A stretch of DNA of 51,890 nucleotides, the filler included, from Sphacelaria rigidula (lineage: Eukaryota), in NCBI GenBank assembly GCA_964200075.2. It is 3 parts of 3 records of this genome, joined end to end, with 100 filler letters (N's around TTAATTAATTAA, not from the genome) between each part and the next. Parts side by side here need not be neighbours in the genome. Positions count along the whole stretch, not along the records: positions 17,335 to 34,564 come from CAXNAA020001136.1; positions 34,665 to 51,890 come from CAXNAA020001137.1; 1 more part is not named here. One strand, written 5' to 3'. Under the pieces are notes generated by a model. That model made no database searches, was not told the DNA's origin, and saw only the letters and a program-made list of their open reading frames with translations. The translations under genes were made by a program, and so were the position numbers. Shown piece after piece: positions 25,466-37,934 of this stretch; position 1 is the first letter of the stretch, and every line of letters starts with the position of its first letter.

Positions 25466-26461
25466 AGCCCACCCCTTATGCAACTCACCGAACACATCAA
25501 GGCACCTCATGCTTGGCGATTGATCGCGAGCCTGGTCCGATGAAACCGCGGCGCGCTTCGTCCCAGCTTTGTGGGGATGCGGAATAAAAGGTCTTGCGAC
25601 GACGGCATGCAAGACCATGGGTACCCCCCCCCCCCACCCCCTCGCCAGGGATAGCCGTATGACATTAATGTCATCGATTTACGGTGTTGTTTTCATCAGC
25701 CACCCTGTTCCCGAAACACTCTGTCCAATTTTTGCATATTGTGAGCGTCATGATGACATGAGTATTATGACCACATGGAGAACCCCCCTATTCTCCGCAA
25801 ATCTCTACTCGTGGTTTAGTCCTCAGCTCCTACCGAAGAAAATTCAAGACAACCTCCGCATGCTCGGCTGTAAGTGCCCCCCGGTTGAGGAATTTGAAGA
25901 GATTAAACTCTGAAGGAACAGGCGCGGAAAACAGACGCCCTTATCGTGTGCAATACCCAAACTCCAGTCCCAAATTTCAAAATTCTTGAGTGTGAAAAAG
26001 CCGGAACAAATGTTGTCAAATATTCCCGGTCAGAGCTGCCTATCGATAAGTACTTTTGGAGAATCTCATTAGGATGTTATAAGGGTGTTGTCATGACACA
26101 ATACCACGTGTTGAGCGTCGCTAGTAAATCAAATATTTCATCTCTTGGTGGCTTTGTCCGACGACACGATTCCAGACCTCTGGCCATCAGAACACCTGGT
26201 GTTATTTTGAGCAGTATGCTAGGGGTGCTTCCCCTGCACCATAGCTGCTCATCAACCTCAAAGACTGCGGCATGACGCGCACCGTAGGAATATTGAGTTG
26301 GTACCATGTCGCATCGAACTCAATTTCATCATCAGACTCACTGTGGTGAGAGACTGCCACGACCACGAAGTCCCTCGTTCAATCCACCGGTGCTGCTTGC
26401 TTCCCATAATGTATTGTCCGTCGTCTCTGGCAGACCTTTCATAAAGGAGACGCCGTCGAGC

Positions 26462-26519
26462 ATGAAGATCCTCTTGCTTCATCTACTGAGGCTTACCGCC
26501 TTCTTGGGTGACGCCGCAG
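26462..26519 (+). CDS. Signal-peptide exon of secreted adhesin-like / polymorphic-membrane-protein-like beta-helix protein (MKILLLHLLRLTAFLGDAA)
   Basis: ATG plus hydrophobic stretch. Donor CAG|GTGGGT is phase 1 and matches the phase-1 acceptor at 27025. Confidence 0.6.
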
Positions 26520-27024
26520 GTGGGTTTGAACAACAATAGAAACTGTATCGATGGGTATTCGTGTCCTACAAGTGACGGCAGTCGCTTACTCGCTTGTGTG
26601 ATGCGTCATGTGTTTGATCCGCAGCCACGTTGGGGAAAACATGAGGGGGTTCATATCCCCGGCATGATGAGTTGAGCTACACTCACAGAGAGGCATCGAC
26701 TGCTAGTCTAGCCGCTAACATTTGCCAAATCGCCTTCACAAATACAGCACGAAACCCGTGCAGTGGAATGTAGTCGTTCTTGAGCCACAAATGTACTCCC
26801 ACATGTCACACCGGCTCGTGTGGCTCTTGAGTTCCCTCCAGAGCGAAGGAACCGTCTGCTCTCGATCGCGTTTTTGTTTAAGTAAAGTTAATTATTTGCC
26901 TGTGCCCACCCCCTCTTTCCCTAACTCTACCCCAATCGTTCTTTTCCCCCCATCATTCCTTGCTGCTGTGTATCGCTGCTGCCTTTGCTGGGGCTGGCGA
27001 ACTCGCAACTTTGACCTGTCTCAG

Positions 27025-27426
27025 GGACACTGTGTCCCGAGGGGGTGAGTAATCGATTCGTCTCCACCACGGCGGATGCTTTGGAACTGAGCGACGCGTT
27101 GCTCTGTTTGGGGCGCGGTCAGTTCGAGGTTGAGTGGAGCGGCGAGGTGTTGTTAACACGAAGCATTACCATATCGAATGGAAGCTCGGTCGCGGTTTGG
27201 GGGCATGGTGCAGAGGAGGCCGTGATAGATGGTGGCGGTGCCGTTCGCCTGTTCGAGGTCGGCGGCGGGTCAATCCTGGAGATCAGTAACCTGTCCCTCG
27301 TGGGAGGGTGGGCGGAAAATGAGGAAACATATACTGGGAGTGGCGGGGCAGTGCTCATTTCAGACTTCTCTCAACTGACTGCGTCCAGCTGTTCGTTCAT
27401 AAGCAACAAGGCTAACGCTTCTGGAG
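27025..27426 (+). CDS. Adhesin-like / polymorphic outer membrane protein-like (pectin-lyase-fold beta-helix) protein, exon 2
   Basis: TCTCAG|GG acceptor, GAG|GTGGGA donor (phase 1). The protein has F.V.WSG.V.L..TI.I..G..V.V.G, IDGGG..RLF.V, GGAV and FISNKA motifs typical of brown algal GGA(I/V)/FxxN repeat proteins. Confidence 0.8.
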
Positions 27427-28526
27427 GTGGGACGTGTGTTTTCCAGAACGTTGTACAATGTTTCTCCCCGTTTTCCGCGTACCCCGTGTGATGCAGTACA
27501 GTATTACCAGTATCCCGCATACTGGGCAGTACCAAAGTTCCAGCGTCAGATCCTGACAGAACCTCATCATCCGTGCGTTCATCGTCACCTCTTGGAATTT
27601 CCCTAGATTCATCGTACCCGACAGTATGAAGGGGAAAACTAGAACCAGATGGTTTTCTGGTCACTACTGAGGGACGATACGTGCCAAACTGGTGCTGGTG
27701 ATCCGGGAAGGACATTCAGATGAAATGGCCCACATGAAACACATACAAATGGAAGGTATGAATTGAATATGCATGTATACATCGCAAATAGGCAAAAACG
27801 ATACATGAACAAGATGTCGGCGTCGCACACCGAGCCGAGGTACCGGACTAGCGGACGAAGCCGGAAAGACTCGTTGTGCGATTGCATCCCCCCCCCCCCA
27901 CACACACACACACGGAAACACGCACACATGCACACATGCACACACACAGCGGAAAAAACGTTTTGAGGGTGGAGGTCGGTTAGCAACGACGCTCTGAAAT
28001 CATCAGTTACCGCGCAAGATAGGCAACCAGCTATCGTTACCGCTTTTTTTTTGCTTAATTTGTTTGGGGGTGGTAATCGTGGCGATGGTCGGGCTGGGTC
28101 ATATTGTGCGGAGTGAACAACTCGAACTGTGTGCAAAGGGGATGATGGTACTACGTAGGGTTCATATGGTGAGACACCTATGGGGCAGTCCGCATCCCAT
28201 GGCCGTCTCTGGAAGTGGCGATACCAGAAAATGCAGCAGCTCATTCAAAGCTGCCATCTAGAAGCAAGATGATCGATACACTTCGGGCTGAACAACCTTC
28301 GCAGGACATTACAACCTCATCACCAGATACGGAGTATTGAAAAACCTGAAGCAAGTCGCCAAGCAACACGCATGCAACATGCAAGCGTGGGAAGGCTCAG
28401 TCTGGCCACCACAGTCGATCAAACATCAATGATAGAAGCCACAACGCCGCAAACACCAAGGATGCCCTAGAAAAAAAGACCGAATATCTGTACCTGATCG
28501 TGAAACCGCAGAAGCCTAGCTGACGC

Positions 28527-28929
28527 CGTTTCCTACGGTTCATAGTTTATTTGGGCTCGTACTCTCCACTTTTTGGAAGTTTGACGCGGTTTTTGGCCGC
28601 AAAATAGAGAATATCGCCAGCACACGCCTTGGCCACTTTTTACTGCCCTACCTGGAGGGGTGTAGCCCACTTTTCCGAATCGCACGGCATCGACGTGAAG
28701 ATACCTGCAGATACCTCGTTTCATTTTGCAGCTGTACCTTCGTCCAGAGGCCGTTTTCGAAACCTCGGAGCCGTGCAAATCGGACACGTGGGCTAGACTC
28801 CTCCAAGGGGAGCGATGCAAATTGTCTTCGATGTGTGATGGCAATACTTTTCTGTTTCACGGCCAAAGCTCGTGCCACATGTCTCCGAGGTGGAACCTTC
28901 GAGCCAATAAAAACGAACCGTAGGAAACG
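28527..28929. mobile_element. ~400-bp MITE with ~30-bp imperfect TIRs
   Basis: CGTTTCCTACGGTTCATAGTTTATTTGGGCTCG at the left and CGAGCCAATAAAAACGAACCGTAGGAAACG at the right. Confidence 0.65.
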
Positions 28930-30005
28930 TCCCAAGAAACATGAAAGTCGTAAGTCACAAGCTGATTGCAGTTAGCAAGAGTAGTGGCCGGCTTCCAAAT
29001 CCAGATCCCGACCATCTCCAGTTTTAGACAGACGGCAGACATATACCAGGTGCTATGGGCGTGTTGACGCTCACTGCATGCCAGCGATATTGCTCTTCTT
29101 GCTCTGGGATTCGAGGTGTTGTGCCCCATGATGTTTCATGTCCTCCTACTCTGCACGAGCTTTCTCCCAAACAAAATATCGGTCGAGGCGCCGAGTCGAG
29201 TTCCCCTTGGATTTTTCACATCTAATCGTCCACAAGATGAGAGAGTCACATTCATACTCAATCGTAGGGCGAAAAAAGGAACGTGGGCAATGATCACGGC
29301 TCATCTACTCCGACGCTCATGCTGCTGGGTATGGACCTGTCATCCATGAACCCCACGGGAGCGAGGCACCAAACTGCTCTTGCATACACCGGTAGGAAGG
29401 ATCACATACATGGATTGGGAAAAGGGGGGAAGCTAGCATACTTGTGAACAATTTTGAAAAAACTTGATGATACGGACCTCGACAAATTTTATCCCTACAA
29501 GATCTTAACCTTCGAAGTCCAGACCATCAAACCCGATCATTTCAGTTAAGATATTCGTAACTTCAGTTTTGTGCACATTGATGGCTACATGAGTCATGCT
29601 CCGATATCTTGCACGGAATTCCATGCCGAATAGTCGTCGAAAGCAGCAACGATTGTTGGAACAAGCTCGTTATATATATATATATATATATAACGCTCAT
29701 TCATACTGCTTGACTCCGTTTTTGACCAGATACAAGCGCACCGCGAGTGTGGCAGGTCGTCTGACACACTCACGAGCCTCTTTTTTGGTGCAATCAAATA
29801 CCCCCCCCCCCCCCCCCCCAATCGTAGCGTGGTTTACATTGCAAACATAATTTTGTAGTCGTCAAATACTTCAAGTGGATACACGTGCGCGAAAAAAAAA
29901 TATTTAGGAAGGCGGCAGAATCTTGCGTGTCGCGGTTTCCGCTCCCTGGAAAACCCACTTCCTGTAAAAACCGTAGCAACCGCAAGAGCTTCGTGTGTTT
30001 GGGAC

Positions 30006-30262
30006 TGTAGCCTCTGCCAGACGATCTGGACAAGAGGACTATCCACGAGGGACTACTCCAGTAGCACTGGCCTCGTGCTCGAAAGGTCCTTTTTTCTAAC
30101 TTGTTATTATCACGGAGTGATCCTTCACAGATCGCAACACCAGCCAGTAGCAAGGGGCCACACAGATAAGAGCCATCAATCCAGGATCCCCTGTACCCTG
30201 CCACTTCTCCAATCATACACGCGATTATACTGAAACCTTAGGCTTGCTACCATTCGGCTACA
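30006..30262 (-). repeat. 3' LTR
   Basis: TGTAGCC...GGCTACA; direct repeat of 34066-34322 (about 35 differences in 257 bp by eye). Confidence 0.9.
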
Positions 30263-30529
30263 GCACCCCCAAAGCGAGTTCAAGACAATCGAGCCTTATC
30301 ATCCCACGGAATCCACAAAACATCACTTCTGCCAACACGAACGCGAAACAAACCATCGTTAGCCAAGGCAGCTTGATCGAAAGTCGAAGGAAAAGAATGA
30401 ACACCGTCGCCGACTGATTTGCGCTGCGCGGTACGGATGACATCTAACGAGGGCAGCGAATCATCGGCATCACATGGGCTGTACACGGCAACAGAACGAA
30501 CAGGCAAAGAAGGAACCTTCACCAAGCGA

Positions 30530-32600
30530 GACAACCAATCTCCCCAATAATTCGCTCTCCAGGAATGTGTTCAATGGCCTACCGGTATTGGCCTAGTATT
30601 CCTTTCCAATTTTCAAGCCGTTGGGTCATGACCTTCGTCATCGATGTGACACACTCTACGAGGTTCAAAATGTATTTTAGATTGCGATGACCGATGAAAA
30701 TGCCAACACTACCCCAAAGCAAGTACTCTAGCCTTCGGAATGTATTGACTGTCGCGAAACCTCTCGTCCACTGTCGCCCACCGCAGCTGTGGACCCTTAA
30801 AGCTACCACTCAGAAATGCAACGGTTCGTGTGACATGTTTTCGAGCGCAATGCCACTACTAAACTCTGCGACAGGCACTTGCGTAAAAAAACTACCCCAG
30901 TGAAAATCCGAAGCATCTGAAAACATGAGAACAACGCACCGTGGACGAGGACGATACAGCGGCACCGCTTGGGCCACCAAATCTTGCACAGCACGCCATG
31001 CCCGCACACGATCCTCCGTCCAAGCGTCCTCCAGAATGGTACGATTACGCGCCACCCGCTTGGTCCAACGCGAAGCCCCGAACATAAGGTCTACCAGAAA
31101 TACTGGAAGCGAAGCAACTACTTCCGCCATGCGCGGGAGCAAAGTCCGCAACCAATTCACCACCTGCAGAACCTGCATCAGCTCATCAGCGTTTTGAGGA
31201 CGTCGCATATTTCTCAAACCTCGGATGCGGGTGGGATCATGCGAGACAGAACCCTTGGAGTAAACCCTACCACACCAAACCACTTCGCGGGCGAAACAAA
31301 ATACACTTACGCGCAGTGACGAACAGACCAACCCCTTTCAAGCGGCCAAGAATTTCGTCAGGCAAAGCTAAAAATGCTTCTTCGGTTTCAGCAAAATAGA
31401 AAACGTCATCCACCTACACTTTACAAGCTAGACCTCGCAAAATGTCAGTCAGCACACCTTGGAAATACACCGTGGCGTTCAACACGCCCTGCGCAACACG
31501 AGACGGCGTAAACAAACCGTCCGTCGTGACGATCGTGAAGATCTCCTGAGCCTCCGGCGCCGAGGCATCTGCCAATACCCTTGAAGCATGTCCAACCTAC
31601 CGAAGCATTGGGCTCCTAGCAACTCCCGCATGTCTTCTTGGCTTGGCATCACCCCCGGAGACTGTTCTGCTTGCGCATTCACCGTCTGGTAGTCGCTGAC
31701 CAAACGGAATGTGTCCCATTGGCGGACTCGCCCACACAGCCTAAATATTCCTGACCAACAAACCAGACGCCACCAAAGCTGCGATGCATGAGGCAAGCCA
31801 CCCGATCTTCACCGGATCTCACCGTCCGGGCTTGGCCTTCACCTCATTCGCCTGGGGCTCAAGCTGCACCCTCATGGGCTCAACGCGCGCTGGCGGATCA
31901 CCTCGCAGCGCACGGCGAAATGTATCTACGCGACGAGCCAAAATATCGCGCAGACGATATGCGCCATCGGCGCTCAGGCCCTTCTGCTCGGGCTGCCGCA
32001 CGCTATCCTCAAGCGCACGTTCTCTTGCACCTCTCTCCTCTGCTGCGTCTATGAACATGTCCGGCCCCCGATCGACCAAAGGCTTTACCGCTTCATCAGC
32101 AGGAGCCTCCTCCTCATTGGCGCTCTGGAATGACCTTATGGAGACGATCACACGCCTTGCAGCAGGATGGGTGGGAGTTTCCACGCCGGTTTGCACCGGT
32201 ACAGCACGCGAACGTAACTTATCCAATGCCAGCGGATACAGATCAATCCCGAGCCCCTTCATCGTCGCTATCCCAAACAGAACCACGTTGTCCCTACCAG
32301 AAATGACAGCAAAACTAATGGGCTGCAACTCCACAGCTCCCCATGGCATACGCACGCTAACAGTAATTGGCCCCGTTTTATGTGTAACCGTCACGGGAGC
32401 ACCCGTGGCGGTCTGCGCCGTTTGCGGTCCGTTTTCGAACGGAATCTGAAGCTGAGCGCTGCCAAACTGCGAAAGCATTTGCTCCAGCAACCCCACAGCG
32501 ATTGGCGTGAGCGCGGACCCAGAATTCAGAATAACGCAAGCCATGAACAATCCTACAGAACCAGGCAAGGATAAATCTGCGCGTAAATACTCAGCCTTGC
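30530..32600 (-). pseudogene. Gypsy pol remnant: aspartic protease (ILNSGS), RT (RLVSDY..VN; FGRLDMLQGYWQMP; *VDDV), RNase H (MFSDASDFHWG)
   Basis: Motifs in ORFs 31819..32874, 31479..31796 and 30810..31331. Frameshifts, a protease D>N change and a stop at the RT xVDD motif. Confidence 0.9.
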
Positions 32601-33069
32601 GATCGACAGGTACCACGCCTGCTGAAGAACCCTGTTCGGTACCAAGAGTCACCTGAGGCCACGGGTGCCCTCCAGCACTTGGCGTCGATAGCTGCGAACC
32701 GTCGGTCCAACGAGACCAAGTCGCCGAATATGCAGATGGCGCTGTTACAGCCGTCGCAGCAGTAGGATATGCACCAGACACGGATCTTACCTGGGCCGGG
32801 GGATACGAGCTATTCGCTCCAGCAATCCCCACCGAAGTATTTGCACTTCCCACGTACACTGTCCGTCCCGCCACGGACGAACCATGAGATTCAGAGTCAC
32901 CAACTGTAGCGGACGGAAAAGCTGCGGAGGAACCACTATCCGCCGCCGATTGCTTGCTACCACGGCCGCCGCGCCCGCGTCTCTGACTGGCACGGCCTCA
33001 TCCACCGTGACGACCGCCCCGAGATCCTGATGAATCTCGCGCATTGCCCTGTGCAGCGCCTTGAGCGTG

Positions 33070-33870
33070 AGGCTTGGGGCAATCCTCAATCACATGTCCG
33101 GTGTCGCCGCAGTCGTAACACGCGCGAGCGGACGACTCTCGCGAAGACGGCTGCTATTTCTGTTGCTGTTGCCGTATGCGGCAAGCATTACCTGCACTTG
33201 CCGCAGAATCGCGCCGGCTATGTGCCTCAATACATTTCCACTGGTCGGCGGCTTCAAGTATTTTCTTGAACACCACCGTCGGATTCTTTTTCCAGCCGTC
33301 AACATACGTTGATGTACTTCTAACATACGCCTTGAATTCAGGAGGCGAAATCCCGTCCACCAAAGCTATGGAAACCGACTCGGCCGGGCCTGGCAACTAA
33401 TCCCTGTCCTCCGCACGGTACATTGCTTGCACCATCGGGGTTTCTGCTAAACACCTTTCCATATCTGAACTGACCATCATAGCACGATCCTTAACAGATT
33501 TTCCACCACTCTGTGTCATAGTAAGAACTTTCCACAAGTCTGCTGCAGCTCGCGCAGTGTCATGCTTTCCGCCGGTTGTAGTATACCCGGCATGCTGCTT
33601 CAGAGCATCAAGCAATTCATCGGGGGTCATTGCCTGACGGTACTTGTATATATCTTCAAAACGCCGATGAATGTATGTAGGGATGAGTTGACCTATGCTC
33701 GCCCTCTCATGCCTCACAACGCCTGTACTATTGGCTAAAATCAGCCTTTCTAAATATTCGAGAAAAGCGGCAAAAAATCTTCTTGACGCCTCTTCCGTCC
33801 ACCCTTCGCCATACTTAGGCGGCTCTAGTGGCTTACCTAACACCAGCGGCGCTGCCGCCGCTTGAGCCAT
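33070..33870 (-). pseudogene. Gypsy gag remnant with CCHC zinc knuckle (CYDCGDTGHVIEDCPK at ~33075-33122)
   Basis: ORFs 33397..33879 and 33154..33396 are in one frame split by a TAG. The knuckle was read directly from the minus strand in a shifted frame. Confidence 0.85.
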
Positions 33871-34065
33871 GTCGTCCATGCTTCAAACACGTCACGGAAA
33901 GACTCTCGCCTGGCTTGTGCGTCCTCCGGCTCACGGAGCGTCCCCCACTGCTGTGCGCTTGAAGCTCGTCTCCTCCTGTCTGCGGGCTAAACTGGCTCTC
34001 AGCTGCAGCCCACCTTCTCCTCAGACAAACTCCTCCAACAGAGTGCCGGAAGAATATGTAGATAT

Positions 34066-34322
34066 TATAGCCTCTACCAGACGGTCTGGGCAAGAGGACT
34101 ATCCATGAGGGACTCCTCCAGTAGCACTGGCCTCGTGCGCGACAGGCCCTCTCTCCTCACTTGTTATGATCACGGATTGATCTTTCACAGACCACAACAC
34201 CAGCCAGCAGCAACAGGCCACACAGATAAGGGCCACGAATCCAGGACCCCCTGTCCCCTGCCACTGCTCCAATCATGCATGCGATTATACTGAAACCTAC
34301 GGCTTGGTATCATTTGGCTACA
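34066..34322 (-). repeat. 5' LTR
   Basis: TATAGCC (mutated TG end)...GGCTACA; direct repeat of 30006-30262. Confidence 0.9.
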
Positions 34323-34564
34323 TGGCTCAGCGAAGGAATCACAGGTGAATGATTTTCACTAGAGCTGATGCGCTTCGTCGTGAACACTTGTCGATGCCAG
34401 ATTTCTGCAAATATGTATGTAGTGTAGGATCTTGAACAGACAGAGGGAGGGCAGGAAGATGTTCCGACACCCCTCCCTCCCCTCCTTAGCGACACCCCCC
34501 ACACCTCTAGAATCTTGGGTTGGCGTCGAGTGGCAACGGCGCTGTAAAACAAGCCACCAAAACC

Positions 34565-34664
34565 NNNNNNNNNNNNNNNNNNNNNNNNNNNNNNNNNNNN
34601 NNNNNNNNTTAATTAATTAANNNNNNNNNNNNNNNNNNNNNNNNNNNNNNNNNNNNNNNNNNNN
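34565..34664. other. Artificial contig linker N44-TTAATTAATTAA-N44
   Basis: Identical 100-nt spacer to 17235-17334. Confidence 0.97.
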
Positions 34665-36040
34665 GTCAGTGCCTGAAAGTATGCGCGTAATGTGCAATAC
34701 GCGGAATCGTGATTGTGGATCTAACACTCTCATTCTGAAAAACGAAAAGTTGATTATGAAAAACAGAATTTTTAACTCCACATGCATACACGATAGATAC
34801 AGGAGACGCCAGAACGCAACAAGAGCGTCCCTGTGTTCTTCGGGCTAGAGTTTTATTTCGACCATGTCGCTGTTTGTGTCTAATATGTGTGGCTGTATTG
34901 CGCAAAACACATAATAACGTCAGGTTGATCAGGTAGTGCAATGTTTTCTCCACCACCGTTCGCCTATTTGTTGTAGCTTGTTTGTAGACTTCCGCACAGC
35001 GCTTTTTTCGTTGACCTTTCTGTATTTCTTAGATTCGATTTCCCGGGGTCCGGGGTTCGGCGAATTCAACAGCCGATTTACCGCGGTTCGGTGTCACCGT
35101 TCACCTGTTTGTTGTTGCCTGTTTGCAGACTTCTGCACGGCGTTTTTTTCGTCGGCCTTTCTGTGTTCCCTAGATCCGATTTCCCGGGATTCAGGGTTCG
35201 GTGAATTATGGAGCCGAATTTTACTCTCTCTGTCCTGGGTTGAGGGGATCTGAGGAAATGCACGGAAATAATAGTTGGTACTATGGAGATGCCGCCAACC
35301 CTATCGCTAACCCCGACCAATGCATACCGAGAACCCTCGGGTAAGGGGAGTGCAAGGTGTTCCGTAGGCAGAGTGTGCGTTGCTAGAGCTCAAATCAACG
35401 CCTCTCGGCCGATTTTGGGCCAAAACATGTTCTGGACGAGCTGGGTCTACTTCTCACCATCGCTCACCTGCCCCAGACCATATATTTTCTCGGAACTTTC
35501 GTCAGTCTGAAATCAACTAAAATCGAGTGCCAACCATTGTCTACGTACATTTCGTAGGGTCTACTGTCTGGGGTTCGGGGTTAGGTGAATTTAACGATCG
35601 ATTTGCTCCATCACCGTTCACCTTCGACGAGGGCGAGATTCGACCTCCGACCCACGTAGTCAGTGCCTGAAAGTATGCGCGTAATGTGTAATACGCGGAG
35701 TCGTGATTGTGGATCTGACACTTTCATTCTGAAAAACGGAATTTTGATTCTGAGGAACGGAACTTTCAACTTCACATGCATACACGATAGGTACAGGATA
35801 GAGGAGACGCCAGAACGCAACAAGAGCGTCTCTGTTTCCTTCGGGGTAGAGTTTTATTTCGACCATGCCGCTGTATGTGCCTAATATGTGTGGCTGTATT
35901 GCGACAAGCACATGATAACGTGAGGTTGATCAGGTGGTGCAATGTTTTCATCACCGTTCGCCTAATTGTTGTTGCCTGTATGTAGACTTCCGCACAGCAC
36001 TTTTTTCGTCGGCCTTTCTGTATTTCTTAGGTGCGATTTC
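34665..36040 (+). repeat. Complex duplication: ~375-bp unit at 34665-35040 and 35659-36040, with a ~140-bp subunit repeated again at 35094-35205
   Basis: GTCAGTGCCTGAAAGTATGCGCGTAATGTG... and CACCGTTCRCCT.TTTGTTG...GACTTC.GCAC.GC recur. Confidence 0.85.
35255..35552. mobile_element. Probable ~300-bp MITE with imperfect TIRs
   Basis: GAAATGCACGGAAATAATAGTTGGTACT matches the reverse complement of AGTGCCAACCATTGTCTACGTACATTTC. Confidence 0.45.
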
Positions 36041-36231
36041 TCAATGGACATCCTCGGTTGAGCTTTCTTCGTGCATTGCCGTTGTACAGGTAGAGTTGGA
36101 TACGCAAATGTTGAGGGATATTTCACCTTGCATTTTGTGCACAAACAACATTGCTTGTTCGTAAGCGAGATACATACTGGGTGTGCGACACAGGTTGATT
36201 CGCGAAGGTTTTCTGGTGTGCCTTTACTTTT

Positions 36232-36531
36232 AACAACGTTTCCGTGAAATTGGGAGTAGAGCGCTGATTTAGAGCGGCTTTGATCATTCGCTTTAACTCA
36301 GCCAATTTTTCATTCTGTGTGTGCTTTCCTTTGCCTCCATTACTGGCCTGTGCTTGCAGCTACACCTCGAGATCCTACCCAAGGGTATCAAGGGCCTCAG
36401 CGGCAAGCTACTACAGAAATCATATCTGGCCTCGTGGAGGGGCATTTCGGAACTGAAACGATTGATGTACTGATTGACCGCTTTTCACTCTCAACCGTAT
36501 CGTCTACTCTCAATCTCACGAAAACGTTGTT
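36232..36531. mobile_element. 300-bp MITE (AACAAYGTTTTCGTGAGATTGAGAGTAGAG TIR), copy 1, TSD TTTT
   Basis: ~30-bp TIRs; flanks TTTT/TTTT; homologous to 37076-37375 and 43615-43907. Confidence 0.8.
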
Positions 36532-37075
36532 TTTTCAGTCTTGACTTCGTGCACTTGTTTGCAAGCAGTTTTTTTCGGGAAAAACGTCTTCCCATCAGAC
36601 TTTTTGCTCGCGGGGGGGATTTCGTCTATGTGGTCCATGTGGTCCGTCATAACCTCAGTGAATGAAGTCGCGTCCTTTTCTCTCACCTAAGAATATCGTT
36701 TTTTTCGTTTAATGTCGAATGTTGAAAATGTATGTTGCAGCGAATTTCAACCAATTGTTGCTCATAGAGATGTTGCTCTTTCGTAAGCAATATATCAACT
36801 TCTGAGCAAACTCCTACTGTTGGAGAACGAATCCAGTTTTTTCTCCGTGTTGCAGCTTCTTGTTTTTTCAGAACGCAATGTCTATGACATATTCGGGTGT
36901 TCCGCGTTCTTCAAACTTTGAAAACGATATTCGAAATTCGGTGTGTATCAGTCACCAATCCACGCTCTCCACGTTCGCGTTCCTTAATTCCAATCATGCC
37001 ACATCTATGCCGCATCTTTCCTCTTCTACTCATCACATATAACACAGTTTTATTACCGTTACAAACATCACATCC

Positions 37076-37375
37076 AACAACGTTTTCGTGAGATTGAGAG
37101 TAGAGCGCGGATTGAGAGTGGCTTTGGTCATTCGCTTCAACTTAGCCAATATTTCATTCCGTGTGTGCTCTTCTTTGCCTCTATCGCTGCCATGTGCTTA
37201 CAGCTACACGCCGATATCCTACTTGGGTATATCAAGCGCCTCAGTGGCGAGCTACTACAGCAAGAGTAATGGGCCTCGTGGAGGGGCATTTCGGAACTGA
37301 AACGATTCATTGATTGATTCACCGCTTTTCACTCTCAATCGTAGCCTCTACTCTCAATCTCACGAAAACATTGTT
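37076..37375. mobile_element. 300-bp MITE copy 2, TSD ATCC
   Basis: Near-perfect 30-bp TIRs; flanks ATCC/ATCC. Confidence 0.85.
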
Positions 37376-37934
37376 ATCCCTGGCTCAACCTCTTGGAAGG
37401 AGTCATTCCATCTCCCTAACTAAATTCGTTCCTTTCCTGGCCTCTTGTGGAGGACGGGGCCGCCTACCGGCGGCCCCGTCCGATCCTTTTTTATATATAC
37501 GCGTTATGATACCGTACCCATCAGATGAGAGTGTCATCCTATAGCTACTCGCGATCACTTGCTACTTGATTATCGGTTCCTGCTCACGGGGGAACAGTAC
37601 GGGAAGCAGAGCCGGAGCTTGGGCACCACCCACCCACCCGAGCACATGCATACAGAAATGGATACCCAAGAAGACAGAGAAACGGCGTAACTTCCCGCGA
37701 ACTCTGCTCCTTGATGTGGGAATGAACCCGAGAGTTGTTGACGCCCGAGGAGAAAACAGTTGGGATATTTCCCCGCACGCGGAGGTGGACCCAACAGCCC
37801 ACGCGGTTGGCGCACTCGCAGTCTCATCTCGTATAGAATGACAAGAGTGGGAATACAGATACGCTAGCCATATGCCATCATGGCATGCAAGATTGCAACA
37901 ACAAAAAGCGAAAATGTTGTACGAGCTGGGCCAG

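Larger units (their letters stand above)
30006..34322 (-). mobile_element. Degenerate Ty3/Gypsy LTR retrotransposon lacking integrase
   Basis: Two 257-bp LTRs with TGTAGCC...GGCTACA ends. The minus strand has gag, CCHC knuckle, protease, RT and RNase H remnants in Gypsy order, and a G-rich PPT-like tract next to the 3' LTR. Confidence 0.92.
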
